NCBI GenBank assembly: GCA_038243585.1
Contig: JBBSQY010000003.1
Span: 32,001 to 96,000, forward strand
Direction: 5' to 3'
Source of the DNA: Candidatus Sumerlaeales bacterium
GTDB lineage: Bacteria; Sumerlaeota; Sumerlaeia; Sumerlaeales; Sumerlaeaceae
DNA length: 64,000 bases
Shown here: positions 19,970-30,472 of the stretch, piece after piece
Numbering within the stretch: position 1 is the stretch's first letter
Layout: each line of letters begins with the position of its first letter
Translations under genes and position numbers: made by a program
The notes under the pieces: generated by a model
Seen by the model: only the letters and a program-made list of their open reading frames with translations
The model's database searches: none
What the model was told of the DNA's origin: nothing

Positions 19970-22900
19970 ATGACTCCATTTAATTTTACCGCAGATCAAC
20001 AAATGGCACTGGATTTTCCTGGAAATGTGATAGTTTCTGCGGGAGCAGGTTCGGGCAAAACACGAGTGCTGGTGGAAAAGTATTTTAGGATGCTCGTGGA
20101 TGAGCATCCGGAGTGGCCTGTGGATGCTGTTGTCGCGATAACGTTTACCCGAAAAGCCGCGGCGGAGCTGAAATCAAGAATCATTAAGCGGGTGCTGGAT
20201 GAACTAGAGCTGGAAACTGAAGCGGGTTCGAGGAGAAGCCGCCTGCGCCAATTGCGTAGCGATGTGGGCGCGGCGCCGATTGGAACGATTCATAATTTTT
20301 GCGGGCGGATTTTAAAGGAATTTTCTTTTGATGCGCACTTGAACCCGGACTTTTTGATTGTGGAAGGGGCGCAGGAGGGGGCGCTTCGGATGACAGCCGC
20401 ACGAGATGCTATTGCCACGGCAACGGCGGACAGTGGTGGAAAACTTTATAATGCTCTGCTCGCTTTGCTAAATGTCATGTCTGCCTCGGCCCTGAGCAAT
20501 GTATTGGCGGGAATGCTGGCGGGAAGAGCATCATATCTTGAACCATCGCGGCAGTATGTGGAGCATTCTCTGGAGGAGTTGTTTAATAAACTGTCGGAGT
20601 TTCACAGTGAGTATGTGCAGGACCTGCGCAGGGAATTGGGTAGCGCCTGGATTGTGATTTTGCGGGAGCTGGATAGACAGGCTGAGCCCGGAAAGCTAAA
20701 GGATATTACATCGTCAGCAGTGGAGTGTTGGCCGGAGGATTCTGTGGCGGATTGGAGCGTGTGCTCCTCAATCCTTGAACAGGTCATTCCCGGATTACTG
20801 ACCGGCACTTTTACCTGTCGGAAATCGGAATTTAAGAAAGCCGGCTTCGAAGAATATGATCAGATTCGGTCGAATCTGGAGGTTCTTGTGGCTCGCCACA
20901 ACAAGACCTGCCTTGACGACCTCTCGGATATTGATAGGGATAATCTGGAACTATCCCGGAAGCTGGCGTTTCTCTTTCTTAAAACCGTAGAAATCTATGA
21001 AGACCTGCGGGGGGGGGCAACGGATGACGCCGAAGCGGAACTTCTGGATTATGCAGACCTGGAAATTCTGGCGGAGAAACTGGTGTCGGAAAACGCTTCC
21101 ATACAAAGACAGATTCAGGAGCGTTACCGGTTCCTGATCATGGATGAGTTTCAGGATACCAGCCAGTCACAATGGAACATCGTTAAGCCGCTGGTGCTAG
21201 GAGAAAATGGCGAGGCGCGACCTAAATGCCTGTTTGTGGTGGGGGATAAGAAGCAGGGGGTTTACGGCTTTCGCGATGCGAATGTTACTCTATTCGCCCA
21301 GGTTCACGATCTGGTTACCGCCTCGAATGAAGAATGGGAAAACTGTCGTGGCGCGGTAAGTATGGCTGCTAACTTTCGCACGTCGGAAGCTCCGCTAAAT
21401 TTTATCAACCGCGTTTTTAATAAACTGCTGACCTCCGAGCAAAATGCTTACGGGGTGGAATTTGAAGCCCTGACCGTGCAACGAAGCGACTGTGAGGGGC
21501 GGGTGGAGTTTCTCCTTTCCGGATCGGAAGAAGAAACGATTGATCCTGACACAGGGAAAGCCGTAGCGAAGTCCGCTGATGAAAAGAGGCATGAGGAGGC
21601 GGAACTGGTCGCATCGCACATTAAGCAGTTGATCGATACTGGTGAGGTCGTCCATGGACAGATTGCATTGTTGTTTCGGAAGCGATCTGTATTTTCTTAT
21701 TATGAAGCCGCCTTGCGCGAGCGGAGAATTCCTGTGGTAACGCAGCAGGGGTTTAACTTGTTTCAGCAACCGGAACTTGCGGATATGGTGGCAGCGCTAA
21801 ACGCTGTAGTTTATCCTCATAAAGATGTAGTACTCGTCCATTATTTCCGGTCGCCTGCAGTCGGCTTTACAGATGATCTATTGCTGAAAATTTCCCGCAC
21901 GCCAGGGCGGTCGTTCTGGGACAAGACGAACCGGGTGTTAACGGAAAAGCGGTACAGGCTGGATGACAAATGGCTGCCTCTCGGGGAGATGGAACTGGAA
22001 TGTTTGTCGTTTGCGCTGGAGGTGTTGCAGGAGACGCGCACGCTGGTGGGCAGAGTATCTCCGTATAATGTTGTCAGGCACATGATGGATGCACTAGGGT
22101 TTCGTATGATTGTAAAAGCCGGCTACCGGGGAGAGCAGGCCGTTGCAAATCTGGATAAGTTGCTCACGGTGGCGAGGTCAGCGGAGTCTCTCAGTTTTGA
22201 AGATTTTCTAGAATACGTAAAAAGCGAAGGCCAAAGCGACAAGGGCACGACGGAGGCTGCTGATTTAACATCGTCGGCCGCAGTAAAAATTATGACGATT
22301 CATGCAGCGAAGGGTCTGGAATTTCCGGTCGTATATTTACCCGATTTAAATTCAGGGACATCGGGGGCCCCACGCCAGGTAAACGGCGATGGCGAACACT
22401 GGATGACGTTCCGTCTGCCGCGGGATCTGATGCCAAAGCCGTCCTTCCTTATGGATTATTTTAAGCTGATGGATGAGAAAAAAGGGGAAGCGGAAGAGCG
22501 TCGGGTTTTTTATGTGGCAATGACCAGATGCGAGCAACGACTGGTATTGAGCGCAAACCGGGAGAAGCAGCGGGCACAGAACACGTTTTACTCATGGATT
22601 ACTGACGAGTTTGAGCAAGGTCGGGGCCTGGGTCTTCTTGTTACACCTGAGGATATTCCGCAGGCAGATGACGTGGCCACTATGGATCCGCCAACTCAAA
22701 CTACAGCCCGTCAAAAGGCGGGAAGAGAACTACGCATTGACGCAGCCTTGCGGGCGGCGGTCTCCTTGGGCGGTGGAACGCAAACCTCTGCACCGCCTCG
22801 GGGCTTGCAGCCTGCGGCATCAGAACTTAATCCAGATGTGCTGAGGGAATTCCTGCCGCTGGCGTGGAACAGGGGAGTTGAGCTTGCGCTGCAGGAGGTG

Positions 22901-23242
22901 GAAACCACATTTGCTATGGAGTTTGCTGAGGAATTCATGGGCGAATGGCATCGACAGCTACGCGAAATTTTTGAGTGGATGAAAGGTGCTTTTACAGAGG
23001 ATGAAGATGTTCTGTTTTTTTCAAGCATTCGGTTGATTACCCCGCTGGGCGTAAAGCAATTTAAGCCTCATGTGGCTTCGATCAAAACCATAGGATATGC
23101 TGTCCTGCCTGGTGCCGCCGGCGATCAAGTGCGGCTCGAGGTCGCTCGGATGCGCAATGCGTTTGATGCTGTTCCCGACGCTCCGGAATTATCCGTTTAT
23201 ATAGATGAGATGGCGATCCAATCGGCAGCGCCCTCAGCGTGA
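19970..23242 (+). CDS. addA: UvrD/AddA-like SF1 DNA helicase with degenerate C-terminal nuclease region
   Basis: SAGAGSGKT, AITFTRKAAAE, IGTIHNFC, MDEFQDT, VGDKKQGVYGFR, ANFRT, MTIHAAKGLEFP, EERRVFYVAMTR. No recognisable DYK nuclease motif. Confidence 0.8.
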   Translation: MTPFNFTADQQMALDFPGNVIVSAGAGSGKTRVLVEKYFRMLVDEHPEWPVDAVVAITFTRKAAAELKSRIIKRVLDELELETEAGSRRSRLRQLRSDVGAAPIGTIHNFCGRILKEFSFDAHLNPDFLIVEGAQEGALRMTAARDAIATATADSGGKLYNALLALLNVMSASALSNVLAGMLAGRASYLEPSRQYVEHSLEELFNKLSEFHSEYVQDLRRELGSAWIVILRELDRQAEPGKLKDITSSAVECWPEDSVADWSVCSSILEQVIPGLLTGTFTCRKSEFKKAGFEEYDQIRSNLEVLVARHNKTCLDDLSDIDRDNLELSRKLAFLFLKTVEIYEDLRGGATDDAEAELLDYADLEILAEKLVSENASIQRQIQERYRFLIMDEFQDTSQSQWNIVKPLVLGENGEARPKCLFVVGDKKQGVYGFRDANVTLFAQVHDLVTASNEEWENCRGAVSMAANFRTSEAPLNFINRVFNKLLTSEQNAYGVEFEALTVQRSDCEGRVEFLLSGSEEETIDPDTGKAVAKSADEKRHEEAELVASHIKQLIDTGEVVHGQIALLFRKRSVFSYYEAALRERRIPVVTQQGFNLFQQPELADMVAALNAVVYPHKDVVLVHYFRSPAVGFTDDLLLKISRTPGRSFWDKTNRVLTEKRYRLDDKWLPLGEMELECLSFALEVLQETRTLVGRVSPYNVVRHMMDALGFRMIVKAGYRGEQAVANLDKLLTVARSAESLSFEDFLEYVKSEGQSDKGTTEAADLTSSAAVKIMTIHAAKGLEFPVVYLPDLNSGTSGAPRQVNGDGEHWMTFRLPRDLMPKPSFLMDYFKLMDEKKGEAEERRVFYVAMTRCEQRLVLSANREKQRAQNTFYSWITDEFEQGRGLGLLVTPEDIPQADDVATMDPPTQTTARQKAGRELRIDAALRAAVSLGGGTQTSAPPRGLQPAASELNPDVLREFLPLAWNRGVELALQEVETTFAMEFAEEFMGEWHRQLREIFEWMKGAFTEDEDVLFFSSIRLITPLGVKQFKPHVASIKTIGYAVLPGAAGDQVRLEVARMRNAFDAVPDAPELSVYIDEMAIQSAAPSA

Positions 23243-23934
23243 TATTGCTTAGCCGCAACCAAACGCGATATTTCGTTATGGGTATTCTGGCGGCGTGCTT
23301 GATGCTTTATCTGAACATATCGGCGCGGATTTACTACGGAGCGTATCTGCTAACACGGGCGGAACTTGGGCGTAAGACGGTGAACGAATATAACGATTTT
23401 ATCGCATTGGCCTGGAAGCAAAATCCCTATCATAATGATACCAGCCTGAAACACGCGCAGGTCCTACAGTCGAAGGGACAGTGGGAACAATCGCGGGCTG
23501 TGCTTTTAAAGTCTGTCGGCGGTGCTAACCATTGGCAGGGGTGGGCAATGCAGGGAATTGCCTGGGAGCGACTGGCGTTTAGCGATGTGGGAACACTTGC
23601 GGACGCCGAGCGGGCAGCGGTATTGTATGACAGGGCGCTCAAGGTGCATCCAAGGTATATTAAAGGGTTGGAGCGGCGGGGACTGTTGGGATTGAAGCTC
23701 GGCGACTGGGGCGCGGTGCATGACCTTGCAGCGCGGTTAATAGCGATAGACGCCAACAATAGAAACGCTCTGTATCTGCGAGCCCGCGCCGCGGAAGGAT
23801 CTGGTGATTTGCTGTTAGCCTGGGATTTATATGGTCAGCTATCCGCAGGAGGGGCGCATCCACAAAATTCCTGGTTTACATCCCGGGAAGTCTCGAACAA
23901 GCTGGCAATCCTGAAAGAGAAACGCATCCAATGA
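23239..23934 (+). CDS. Membrane-anchored TPR protein
   Basis: N-terminal TM helix, TPR repeats (ALKVHPRY, LIAIDANNRNALY); GTGA overlap with the upstream gene. Confidence 0.75.
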   Translation: MILLSRNQTRYFVMGILAACLMLYLNISARIYYGAYLLTRAELGRKTVNEYNDFIALAWKQNPYHNDTSLKHAQVLQSKGQWEQSRAVLLKSVGGANHWQGWAMQGIAWERLAFSDVGTLADAERAAVLYDRALKVHPRYIKGLERRGLLGLKLGDWGAVHDLAARLIAIDANNRNALYLRARAAEGSGDLLLAWDLYGQLSAGGAHPQNSWFTSREVSNKLAILKEKRIQ

Positions 23935-25418
23935 AGAAGTCTCATATAGTGTGGCTTGCGCTTATAGCGCTGATTTTGGCCGCAGTGGTTCTCTGGATAT
24001 CGCGGGATTTCTTTATGCAAAACAAGGTTGTTTTTCTCCTGAACCAGCGACAGTTCGCGGCTGCAAGTGAAGTTCTCGAAGAGATGGAAGAGGACGGGAA
24101 GGTCAGCCTGAAAACACAGTTTTTGCGAGTCAAAACTTTGACTTTGCTAGGGGATTACGAGCTTGCCGCAGGTATGAAAATATCTGACAACGCCAGGAAT
24201 GCGTACCCTGAAATCTATTATTGGAAAGCCCTGTCGGAATACGAACTTGGAAGGACCGAAGAGGCAGAGCAGACAGTTAAGAAGTTTGTGCAAACCGGAC
24301 AATTGCTGCCAAATGGCGCTGTAGATATTGCTAGTGCACTGGCTGGTGAGCGGTTTCTGATGGAAGCGCCCGAGGTTGATAAAAATCCTTTTCGGATGTT
24401 GTTCCCAATAGAGCAGGCGGTTTACACCGGGCTTGCGGCTTCGCAACAAATGGAAATTGGTCGCGTGGAAACCGCAGCAAAACTGTTTAGAAGTTCATTC
24501 ATTCTGGGCAACCGTAATCATGCGCTTCTTTCTCAGGCATGCAGGGCCAGCGCTCTCGTTGGTTATGTGGGAGATGCTCAGATGTATTTCGATTACTCAG
24601 GCAGCGACAGTATCCTGCCCTTGTTGGAAGACTTTGATAAGGCTTACAGAGAGTATAAAAATGCTTCGTTGACGCTACATAGCGGCGACCTTGCGCAGGG
24701 TGGAAGGAAGATTGATGTCGCCCGCGCCTTAGCCTGGAGTGCGAATATGTTCCTCAAAGAAGACCACCAAAAGCATGCACCACGCGTAATGGGTATAATT
24801 AATGAACTAGTGAAAGAGTACCCTTTTGATGTTGTGTTGCAGGTTCAAAAAGCGTCAATACATAAGCATTTGAACGAAACAGAGACCGCTCTTTCCATTT
24901 ATGATAACCTGTTCCAGAAGTTTCCTAACTATACAGTGCTTGTAAAAATGGCGGTGGTCGCGGGGGCGTCCGAGGAGGAATTGTCGGCACGTTCGGATGC
25001 TTTTATGAAAAATTTACCTTCGGTTATTTCCGCACCGTTTCGCGGCGGAAAACCCACGAGCGACGGAGAGGACACATTGCAACGTAAGCTTGATCCCGGC
25101 GAATCCGTGCGTGCTACAATTACCGTAGAAGAACGTGGCAGTTACATTATAATGATAGTGGGTAAGAGTAGTAATTCCGGAAAGACATCGACCCTGATAA
25201 AAATGTTTGTCGATGACACATTTATTGGCGTCGCTTATGTTTTTCGGAAAAATTGGGACTGCTATTCCGTGACAGTTCCTTTGGAAGCGGGATCACACAA
25301 ATTGGAATTATTACATGATGATGAGTTGATGACTGAGGTCGGGAAGCGAACAAATAGCGTGGTGAGTTTGCGAGCGATTTATGTCGCCCTGACAGGAGTC
25401 GCGAATGTCCAGTACTAA
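23931..25418 (+). CDS. Membrane-anchored TPR protein with C-terminal beta-sandwich (CBM-like) domain
   Basis: N-terminal TM, TPRs, then GSYIIMIVG..IKMFVDD..WDCYSVTVPLEAGSHKLEL, typical of jelly-roll carbohydrate-binding modules; ATGA overlap. Confidence 0.65.
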   Translation: MKKSHIVWLALIALILAAVVLWISRDFFMQNKVVFLLNQRQFAAASEVLEEMEEDGKVSLKTQFLRVKTLTLLGDYELAAGMKISDNARNAYPEIYYWKALSEYELGRTEEAEQTVKKFVQTGQLLPNGAVDIASALAGERFLMEAPEVDKNPFRMLFPIEQAVYTGLAASQQMEIGRVETAAKLFRSSFILGNRNHALLSQACRASALVGYVGDAQMYFDYSGSDSILPLLEDFDKAYREYKNASLTLHSGDLAQGGRKIDVARALAWSANMFLKEDHQKHAPRVMGIINELVKEYPFDVVLQVQKASIHKHLNETETALSIYDNLFQKFPNYTVLVKMAVVAGASEEELSARSDAFMKNLPSVISAPFRGGKPTSDGEDTLQRKLDPGESVRATITVEERGSYIIMIVGKSSNSGKTSTLIKMFVDDTFIGVAYVFRKNWDCYSVTVPLEAGSHKLELLHDDELMTEVGKRTNSVVSLRAIYVALTGVANVQY

Positions 25419-27420
25419 AGACGACTATCGCACGAGCATCAACCGAGAGAATCTCCTGGTGGAAGCCACGTTTAAATACTGGTGGCAACGGCGGAGGTTT
25501 ATTGTAGGATGCATGTTGTTATCCGTCGTGTGTTTTGCTGCGGTGTTGCTGATCCTGCCCACTGCATACCGGGCGCAAGCGGCGATAATTATTATGCCTC
25601 CGCGTTTTATCCCGGAAATTCGTACTGAACCGTTAACTGTGCTTACGGCCAAAAGCTTACTCGAAACAAACGAACTTTATCAGCAAGTAATTCTGCGGTT
25701 GCGCAGATACCGCCACCTGCTGATAAAGTTTGCAGGGACGGACGATCCGGCGGATAATCTTGTTGACCGACTTAGCCAGGCCTCGGTGTTACAGCTGACG
25801 GCGGGCGGCGGAATGAGCGAAGAAGAAGCGGACATACTTTCCAGATTAGACCAAACCGAAATCCGCGGGCTCTTGGAGTTTGATGACGAAGATCTGGCTA
25901 ATATGACGGTGGATGGCATAGCAAGGGCCCTGTCGAGCAAGGAATCCGTTGAAAAGAAAACCGCCGCGGATCTGACATTTTCTCCTGTCTTGCAGCTGTT
26001 TGCGGTTTCTGATTCCGGCAATAAATCTCAGGTCATGGTAAACCTTTGGGCACGACTTTTTGAAGAAAAGTATGAGTCACTGACACGCGGTCAAACTCAG
26101 AAGGTTTTTGAATCCTTGGAGAATCAGCAGGAGGCCGGGCAGCAGGAACTTGAGACCATGCAGAAAGTCATGGTTGATTTCAAACTGGAGCACAATCTGG
26201 AGCTCATCCAGCGGCAAATCGCGGATTTTACGGAAAGCTTTAGCGCCTACCATAAGCGGCTGGTCGCAAATGTTGAGCAACTAGTGACTTTGGAGTCAAA
26301 AGTTAAGAGTCTGCAGGAATTATTAGGTGCCGTGGAAGGACCTGATTTTACCTGGGTGGGAAGCCTCGTGATCGATAACGAAACCACAGAACCTGGAAAT
26401 CTTGCTTATAAGTCTTTGGGCAGCGAGGAGCTGTCCACAACCGGATCCGAGGTAATGCGAAGACGTAGGTGGGAATCGGTGCAGAGCCGTACTGACTTGG
26501 TACAGGCGCTTGATCAGGCCGCAAAGTACAACCGTCAAAATCAAATCGAACTGATGACGGCTGAGCGTGAACGCCTTGAGGCAGAATACCTGCTGGAAAA
26601 GTCGGCTTACCGCACGAACTTGGTACAAGTGGAAGTGGCTGAAAAAAGTCTTGAGGAATTGAATCAGGCTATAACAACGACGTCTCAGTCCATCCCGCTG
26701 TTGACCGGTCTACCGGATGAGGTTTTAGGCGATGTGCTAATGTCGGGGCGCAGAGAGGGTGTAGGTATGGTAACATCTTTTCACCTGAACAAAGAGCAGC
26801 TTAATCCACTCTGGGAGACACTGGTTAAACAAAGAGCAGAAGTCTCACGAAGCCTCTATGAAGCAGAGGCAACCGTGGCCGAGTTGGCTCGGGAGCTTCC
26901 TGCTAAAGAAAATGATTTGCGTGAGTTGGGCGAGGTTGTTTTTCGGGCCGTACAGGGGGAGAAGCTGGTTGGGCGTCAGGTTGAGCGGATGGAACAGATG
27001 AACCAAACCCTATACGCCGACTATGCGGAAATGCGGGAGGATGTGTTTGCCACAGGATGGAAGATTACTCTGTTGAAGGACGAGATCGAATCCCTGAACC
27101 TGGCGATTACCAACAGCCGAAATGACATCGAAGCATTGCGGAAATCTTCAGAAGCGGCCTCCGCTACTCTTGAGATTCTTGACCTGCGGAAGAAAGCAAT
27201 TTCGCAGCGTGCGGAACTGCTAACTCAGAAGTTGCAGGAATCGATGGTGGCGGTTCGCGAGGAAGTGAGCGACGTTTCATTGGCGTCGAAGGCGGTTGCT
27301 CCAACGGAGCACTATTTCCCTCCGCGCAGCATTTTGCTTTTCGTCATGACGTTAGTGACAGCGGCCCTACTATTGTGGGGCTTGTCGCGAAAGCGTTACA
27401 GACAGCTTATGGCCGAGTAA
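25405..27420 (+). CDS. Polysaccharide co-polymerase (Wzz/GumC-like), long coiled-coil form, no kinase domain
   Basis: WWQRRRFIVG+TM1, PTAYRAQA, long heptad-rich periplasmic region, Pro-rich AVAPTEHYFPPR before TM2. Confidence 0.8.
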   Translation: MSSTKDDYRTSINRENLLVEATFKYWWQRRRFIVGCMLLSVVCFAAVLLILPTAYRAQAAIIIMPPRFIPEIRTEPLTVLTAKSLLETNELYQQVILRLRRYRHLLIKFAGTDDPADNLVDRLSQASVLQLTAGGGMSEEEADILSRLDQTEIRGLLEFDDEDLANMTVDGIARALSSKESVEKKTAADLTFSPVLQLFAVSDSGNKSQVMVNLWARLFEEKYESLTRGQTQKVFESLENQQEAGQQELETMQKVMVDFKLEHNLELIQRQIADFTESFSAYHKRLVANVEQLVTLESKVKSLQELLGAVEGPDFTWVGSLVIDNETTEPGNLAYKSLGSEELSTTGSEVMRRRRWESVQSRTDLVQALDQAAKYNRQNQIELMTAERERLEAEYLLEKSAYRTNLVQVEVAEKSLEELNQAITTTSQSIPLLTGLPDEVLGDVLMSGRREGVGMVTSFHLNKEQLNPLWETLVKQRAEVSRSLYEAEATVAELARELPAKENDLRELGEVVFRAVQGEKLVGRQVERMEQMNQTLYADYAEMREDVFATGWKITLLKDEIESLNLAITNSRNDIEALRKSSEAASATLEILDLRKKAISQRAELLTQKLQESMVAVREEVSDVSLASKAVAPTEHYFPPRSILLFVMTLVTAALLLWGLSRKRYRQLMAE

Positions 27421-27421
27421 A

Positions 27422-28342
27422 ATGGGCCAGCACGGACCCTGTGGCCAGCCGGGAAATGCATTCGTCTGGGCCTTTTTTATTTGTTTGGCCGCCTTCTGTT
27501 GCATGGTAGCCGCCGTGCCGCTTCTATCGTTTATAGTTATAAAATCGTATCCGGAAAACTACGCCTGGCAGATTGAGCAAGCCATGAAGTCCGGAGAGGT
27601 TGACCGGGCTGTGGCTATAGCCCGGACCCGAGTATCGACGGAGAGTTACGATTTTACTGCGAAGAGACTGCTGGCTCGGGCACTGATATCAGACGACAAC
27701 GCTACCGGGGCGGTTGATACAATGCTTGGGTCTCTGGAAGGCGCGCGGTCGGTGCCACAAAGGGACGTTTTTAGTATCGGATTTGATCCTGCAGCAGATT
27801 ATGCTTTGCTAAGCGAAGCGCTCACCGCGCAGGGCCGCGTTGCATTCGCGGAGGAGATGGCCCGTGTAGCCGATGATCATCGCCGCATGGCTCACGGGAG
27901 CCTGGCAGAATTTGATACGACTACGCCTCTGACTGCATTTACGAGTGCGCCGCCACAAGATGGCGGAGTTGTGATTGATTTGAGTGCTTTTGCTAAATCT
28001 GCTGGTATAATCAAAACGCCGGCAGGGACTTTGCATTTTTCCAGAAATGCGTCCACCTCCGCAACGCTGCCGCATGGCCAATCGGCAGGTGGAACGCTGG
28101 CGGTTCAGGTGCGCGGTGGCTTGGCAATGGGAATGGGTGGAATTTTGGTTTTGGTTTGCAATGGAGCTGAACTGATACGCATTTACGCCAATACGGCTGA
28201 GCCGCGGTGGATTTTCGTGCCACTGCCTGCTCACCTTTCGGAGGAAAATCTCAAACTAACGATGGAACTTGTAAATGATGCGTATGACCCAATATCGAAA
28301 GCGGATAGAAATGTAGAACTGATGCAGCTTCAGATTTTATAA
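27422..28342 (+). CDS. Membrane-anchored protein: TPR-like region plus CBM60-like C-terminal module
   Basis: N-terminal TM; the C-terminal VNDAYDPISKADRNVEL resembles the ND..DRN(L/V) Ca-binding signature of CBM60-type modules. Confidence 0.55.
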   Translation: MGQHGPCGQPGNAFVWAFFICLAAFCCMVAAVPLLSFIVIKSYPENYAWQIEQAMKSGEVDRAVAIARTRVSTESYDFTAKRLLARALISDDNATGAVDTMLGSLEGARSVPQRDVFSIGFDPAADYALLSEALTAQGRVAFAEEMARVADDHRRMAHGSLAEFDTTTPLTAFTSAPPQDGGVVIDLSAFAKSAGIIKTPAGTLHFSRNASTSATLPHGQSAGGTLAVQVRGGLAMGMGGILVLVCNGAELIRIYANTAEPRWIFVPLPAHLSEENLKLTMELVNDAYDPISKADRNVELMQLQIL

Positions 28343-28391
28343 GGTTTCATTGTGTTCGCAGCACCAAGAAAATAGAAAGTCGTAGAGATTT

Positions 28392-29606
28392 ATGAAGTTA
28401 CTGTTCGTTGTATGCCTTTTTGCGTCCGCCTTTAACATAAACGCCCAGGTTGCGAATCAACCGGTCGGAAAGACAGTCGGTCCGGGAGTTACCTGGAGAC
28501 AGGAAACCGTTGCGGAAGGCCCACTCAGTTTTAATGTGATGCGGGTGCAGCTTGATGATCCACGGATTACCATAGAAGCCGAGTCTGCGAAGGACAAACT
28601 GTTTGTCGGGGAAAAAGTACATCAGTCTGCGGAGCGGGAAGCTCAGCCGGGTCAGACTGAGATAATTGGAGCGGTTAATGGCGATTTCTATTCTCTCAAG
28701 AACTTCTTTCCTATTGGTCTTTTGGTAGCCGACGGAATGATTTATGACATGCCGTCGAAGTATCGGAGCGCTTTTGTACTAACGAAGGATGAGACTCCAT
28801 ATATTGGCCCCGTATCACTTGATGTTTCTTTAAAAGTGGGTAAGAAGCTCCTGAAAATTGATCGCATCAACAGTGGAACAAAAAGTGGTAATTCTGTTGT
28901 TCTTTTCACGCCACCTTATGGCGCGGAGGTGGAACCGGCGAAGGGAAAGCGGTTTGTATTTACCATGAAGGGCACAGAGTTTCTGCCCAATCAGCCGGTT
29001 TCCGTTAAAGTTTTCGAAGTTGATTCCGCATCAAGCACACCTCTGACAGCAGATACTATGGTTCTACACATCCCTCCTGGCCAGATAAAGAAACTTGCCG
29101 CTTCTAACCTTGATTCCAAAGAGGGGATTCTCTCTGCACTACTTCCAGAGGTTTCCGGCGTGATAGCCAGCGTATGCGGCGGAGGGCCCGCGATTGTCGC
29201 AGAAGGTAAGATTAACGTGCGATATATGGAAGAAAAAATGGAAAAGGCGCATTTGAACAAACATCCCCGGACCGCCGTTGGATTTACAAAGGACAAAAAA
29301 ACCGTATACTTAGTGACAGTTGACGGACGTCAGCCACGTCTGAGTGTCGGCTTAACCCTGGATGAGCTGGCGGAATACATGAAAAATCTTGGTTGCTGGG
29401 CTGCTCTCAACCTGGACGGGGGTGGGTCTACGAGCATGGTTGTTAACGGCAAGGTTGTAAATAGTCCCAGTGATTTGTTAGGTCCTCGCACCGTAGCCAA
29501 TTCTTTGCTCGTAGTTGCTTTGGTGGGTGGTGGGGCGGAGACGTCAGCGACGTTGGAAGCTGGTTCTCCTACGGCGGCTTCACCGCGAAACGCTGAGAGC
29601 TTTTAA
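28392..29606 (+). CDS. Exported phosphodiester glycosidase (NAGPA-like) family protein
   Basis: Signal peptide; AVNGDFY, GGGP, HPRTAVG, VTVDGRQ, ALNLDGGGSTSM, NSPSD..RTVAN. Confidence 0.9.
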   Translation: MKLLFVVCLFASAFNINAQVANQPVGKTVGPGVTWRQETVAEGPLSFNVMRVQLDDPRITIEAESAKDKLFVGEKVHQSAEREAQPGQTEIIGAVNGDFYSLKNFFPIGLLVADGMIYDMPSKYRSAFVLTKDETPYIGPVSLDVSLKVGKKLLKIDRINSGTKSGNSVVLFTPPYGAEVEPAKGKRFVFTMKGTEFLPNQPVSVKVFEVDSASSTPLTADTMVLHIPPGQIKKLAASNLDSKEGILSALLPEVSGVIASVCGGGPAIVAEGKINVRYMEEKMEKAHLNKHPRTAVGFTKDKKTVYLVTVDGRQPRLSVGLTLDELAEYMKNLGCWAALNLDGGGSTSMVVNGKVVNSPSDLLGPRTVANSLLVVALVGGGAETSATLEAGSPTAASPRNAESF

Positions 29607-29713
29607 TATATAAAAATGAAACGGCCTAAGGTAGAAAAATATTGCATCCAGTAGGCCTGTCAGAATAAAGTCTTACAACATTATCCTAGTTGATTGCGCC
29701 CCTTCTCATCACA

Positions 29714-30463
29714 ATGCTTAGCCTTGAACGAAAAAAAGAACTTACCCGTTTCCTGGAACGATACCGGTTGCCGATGATGGCGGATCTCGCCTTGCTGGAC
29801 AGGGCGCTTACTCACAGCAGCTATGCGTTTGAACGGCAGTTGCCTCATGATAATGAGCGCCTCGAGTTCCTGGGCGATTCTGTTCTCGGCCTGGTTGTGT
29901 CGGAGTATCTTTTTCACGAGTTTCCAAAATCGAGAGAAGGGGTATTGTCTAAGCATAAATCCCAGATAATCAGTCGCGGAGTATTGGGAAAACGCGCCCT
30001 GGAAATGGAAATTGGACCGCTAATCCTCCTCGGGCGTGGTGAAGAACTGCACGGCGGTCGTGAGCGTACTGTATTGCTAGGTTCCGCGTTGGAGGCCCTT
30101 GTGGGCGCGCTTTATCTAGAATTTGGAATTGATCCCATGCGCGATTTCCTGAACCAGGAGATATTTGCACCCGCAAAATTACTCTCCACCACAGACGAGT
30201 TTGGAGATTATAAATCCATGCTGCAGGAATACGTTCAGAAGCATTATCAAATGGTGCCAGAATATGTGGTAGTGTCGGAGACGGGACCGGATCACTCGAA
30301 GCACTTTGTAGTAGACGCATTTGTAAACGGCGCGCTCACAGGACGTGGAGAAGGATCGCGTAAGAAGGTTGCAGAAAACAATGCGGCGATGAAAGCCTAT
30401 TGGGAGTTAACCCAGGCGGCCATGCCAACGCAATCCCCGGAGCCTGCGCCGGGCCCGGATTAA
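29714..30463 (+). CDS. rnc: Ribonuclease III
   Basis: ALTHSSY, NERLEFLGDSVLG, EALVGALYL, dsRBD (DYKSMLQE..GPDHSKHF..GEGSRKKVAENNAA). Confidence 0.97.
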   Translation: MLSLERKKELTRFLERYRLPMMADLALLDRALTHSSYAFERQLPHDNERLEFLGDSVLGLVVSEYLFHEFPKSREGVLSKHKSQIISRGVLGKRALEMEIGPLILLGRGEELHGGRERTVLLGSALEALVGALYLEFGIDPMRDFLNQEIFAPAKLLSTTDEFGDYKSMLQEYVQKHYQMVPEYVVVSETGPDHSKHFVVDAFVNGALTGRGEGSRKKVAENNAAMKAYWELTQAAMPTQSPEPAPGPD

Positions 30464-30472
30464 AAATCCGGG
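30454..30472. terminator. Hairpin between convergent rnc and bcp
   Basis: CCCGGATT-AAA-AATCCGGG, a perfect 8-bp stem; no clear U tract. Confidence 0.4.

Noticed and set aside
21009..21017. G9 tract in the addA-like gene as a phase-variation switch
   Set aside because: The frame is intact (R-G-G-A) and the gene class is not typical of contingency loci; read-level length variation would be needed.
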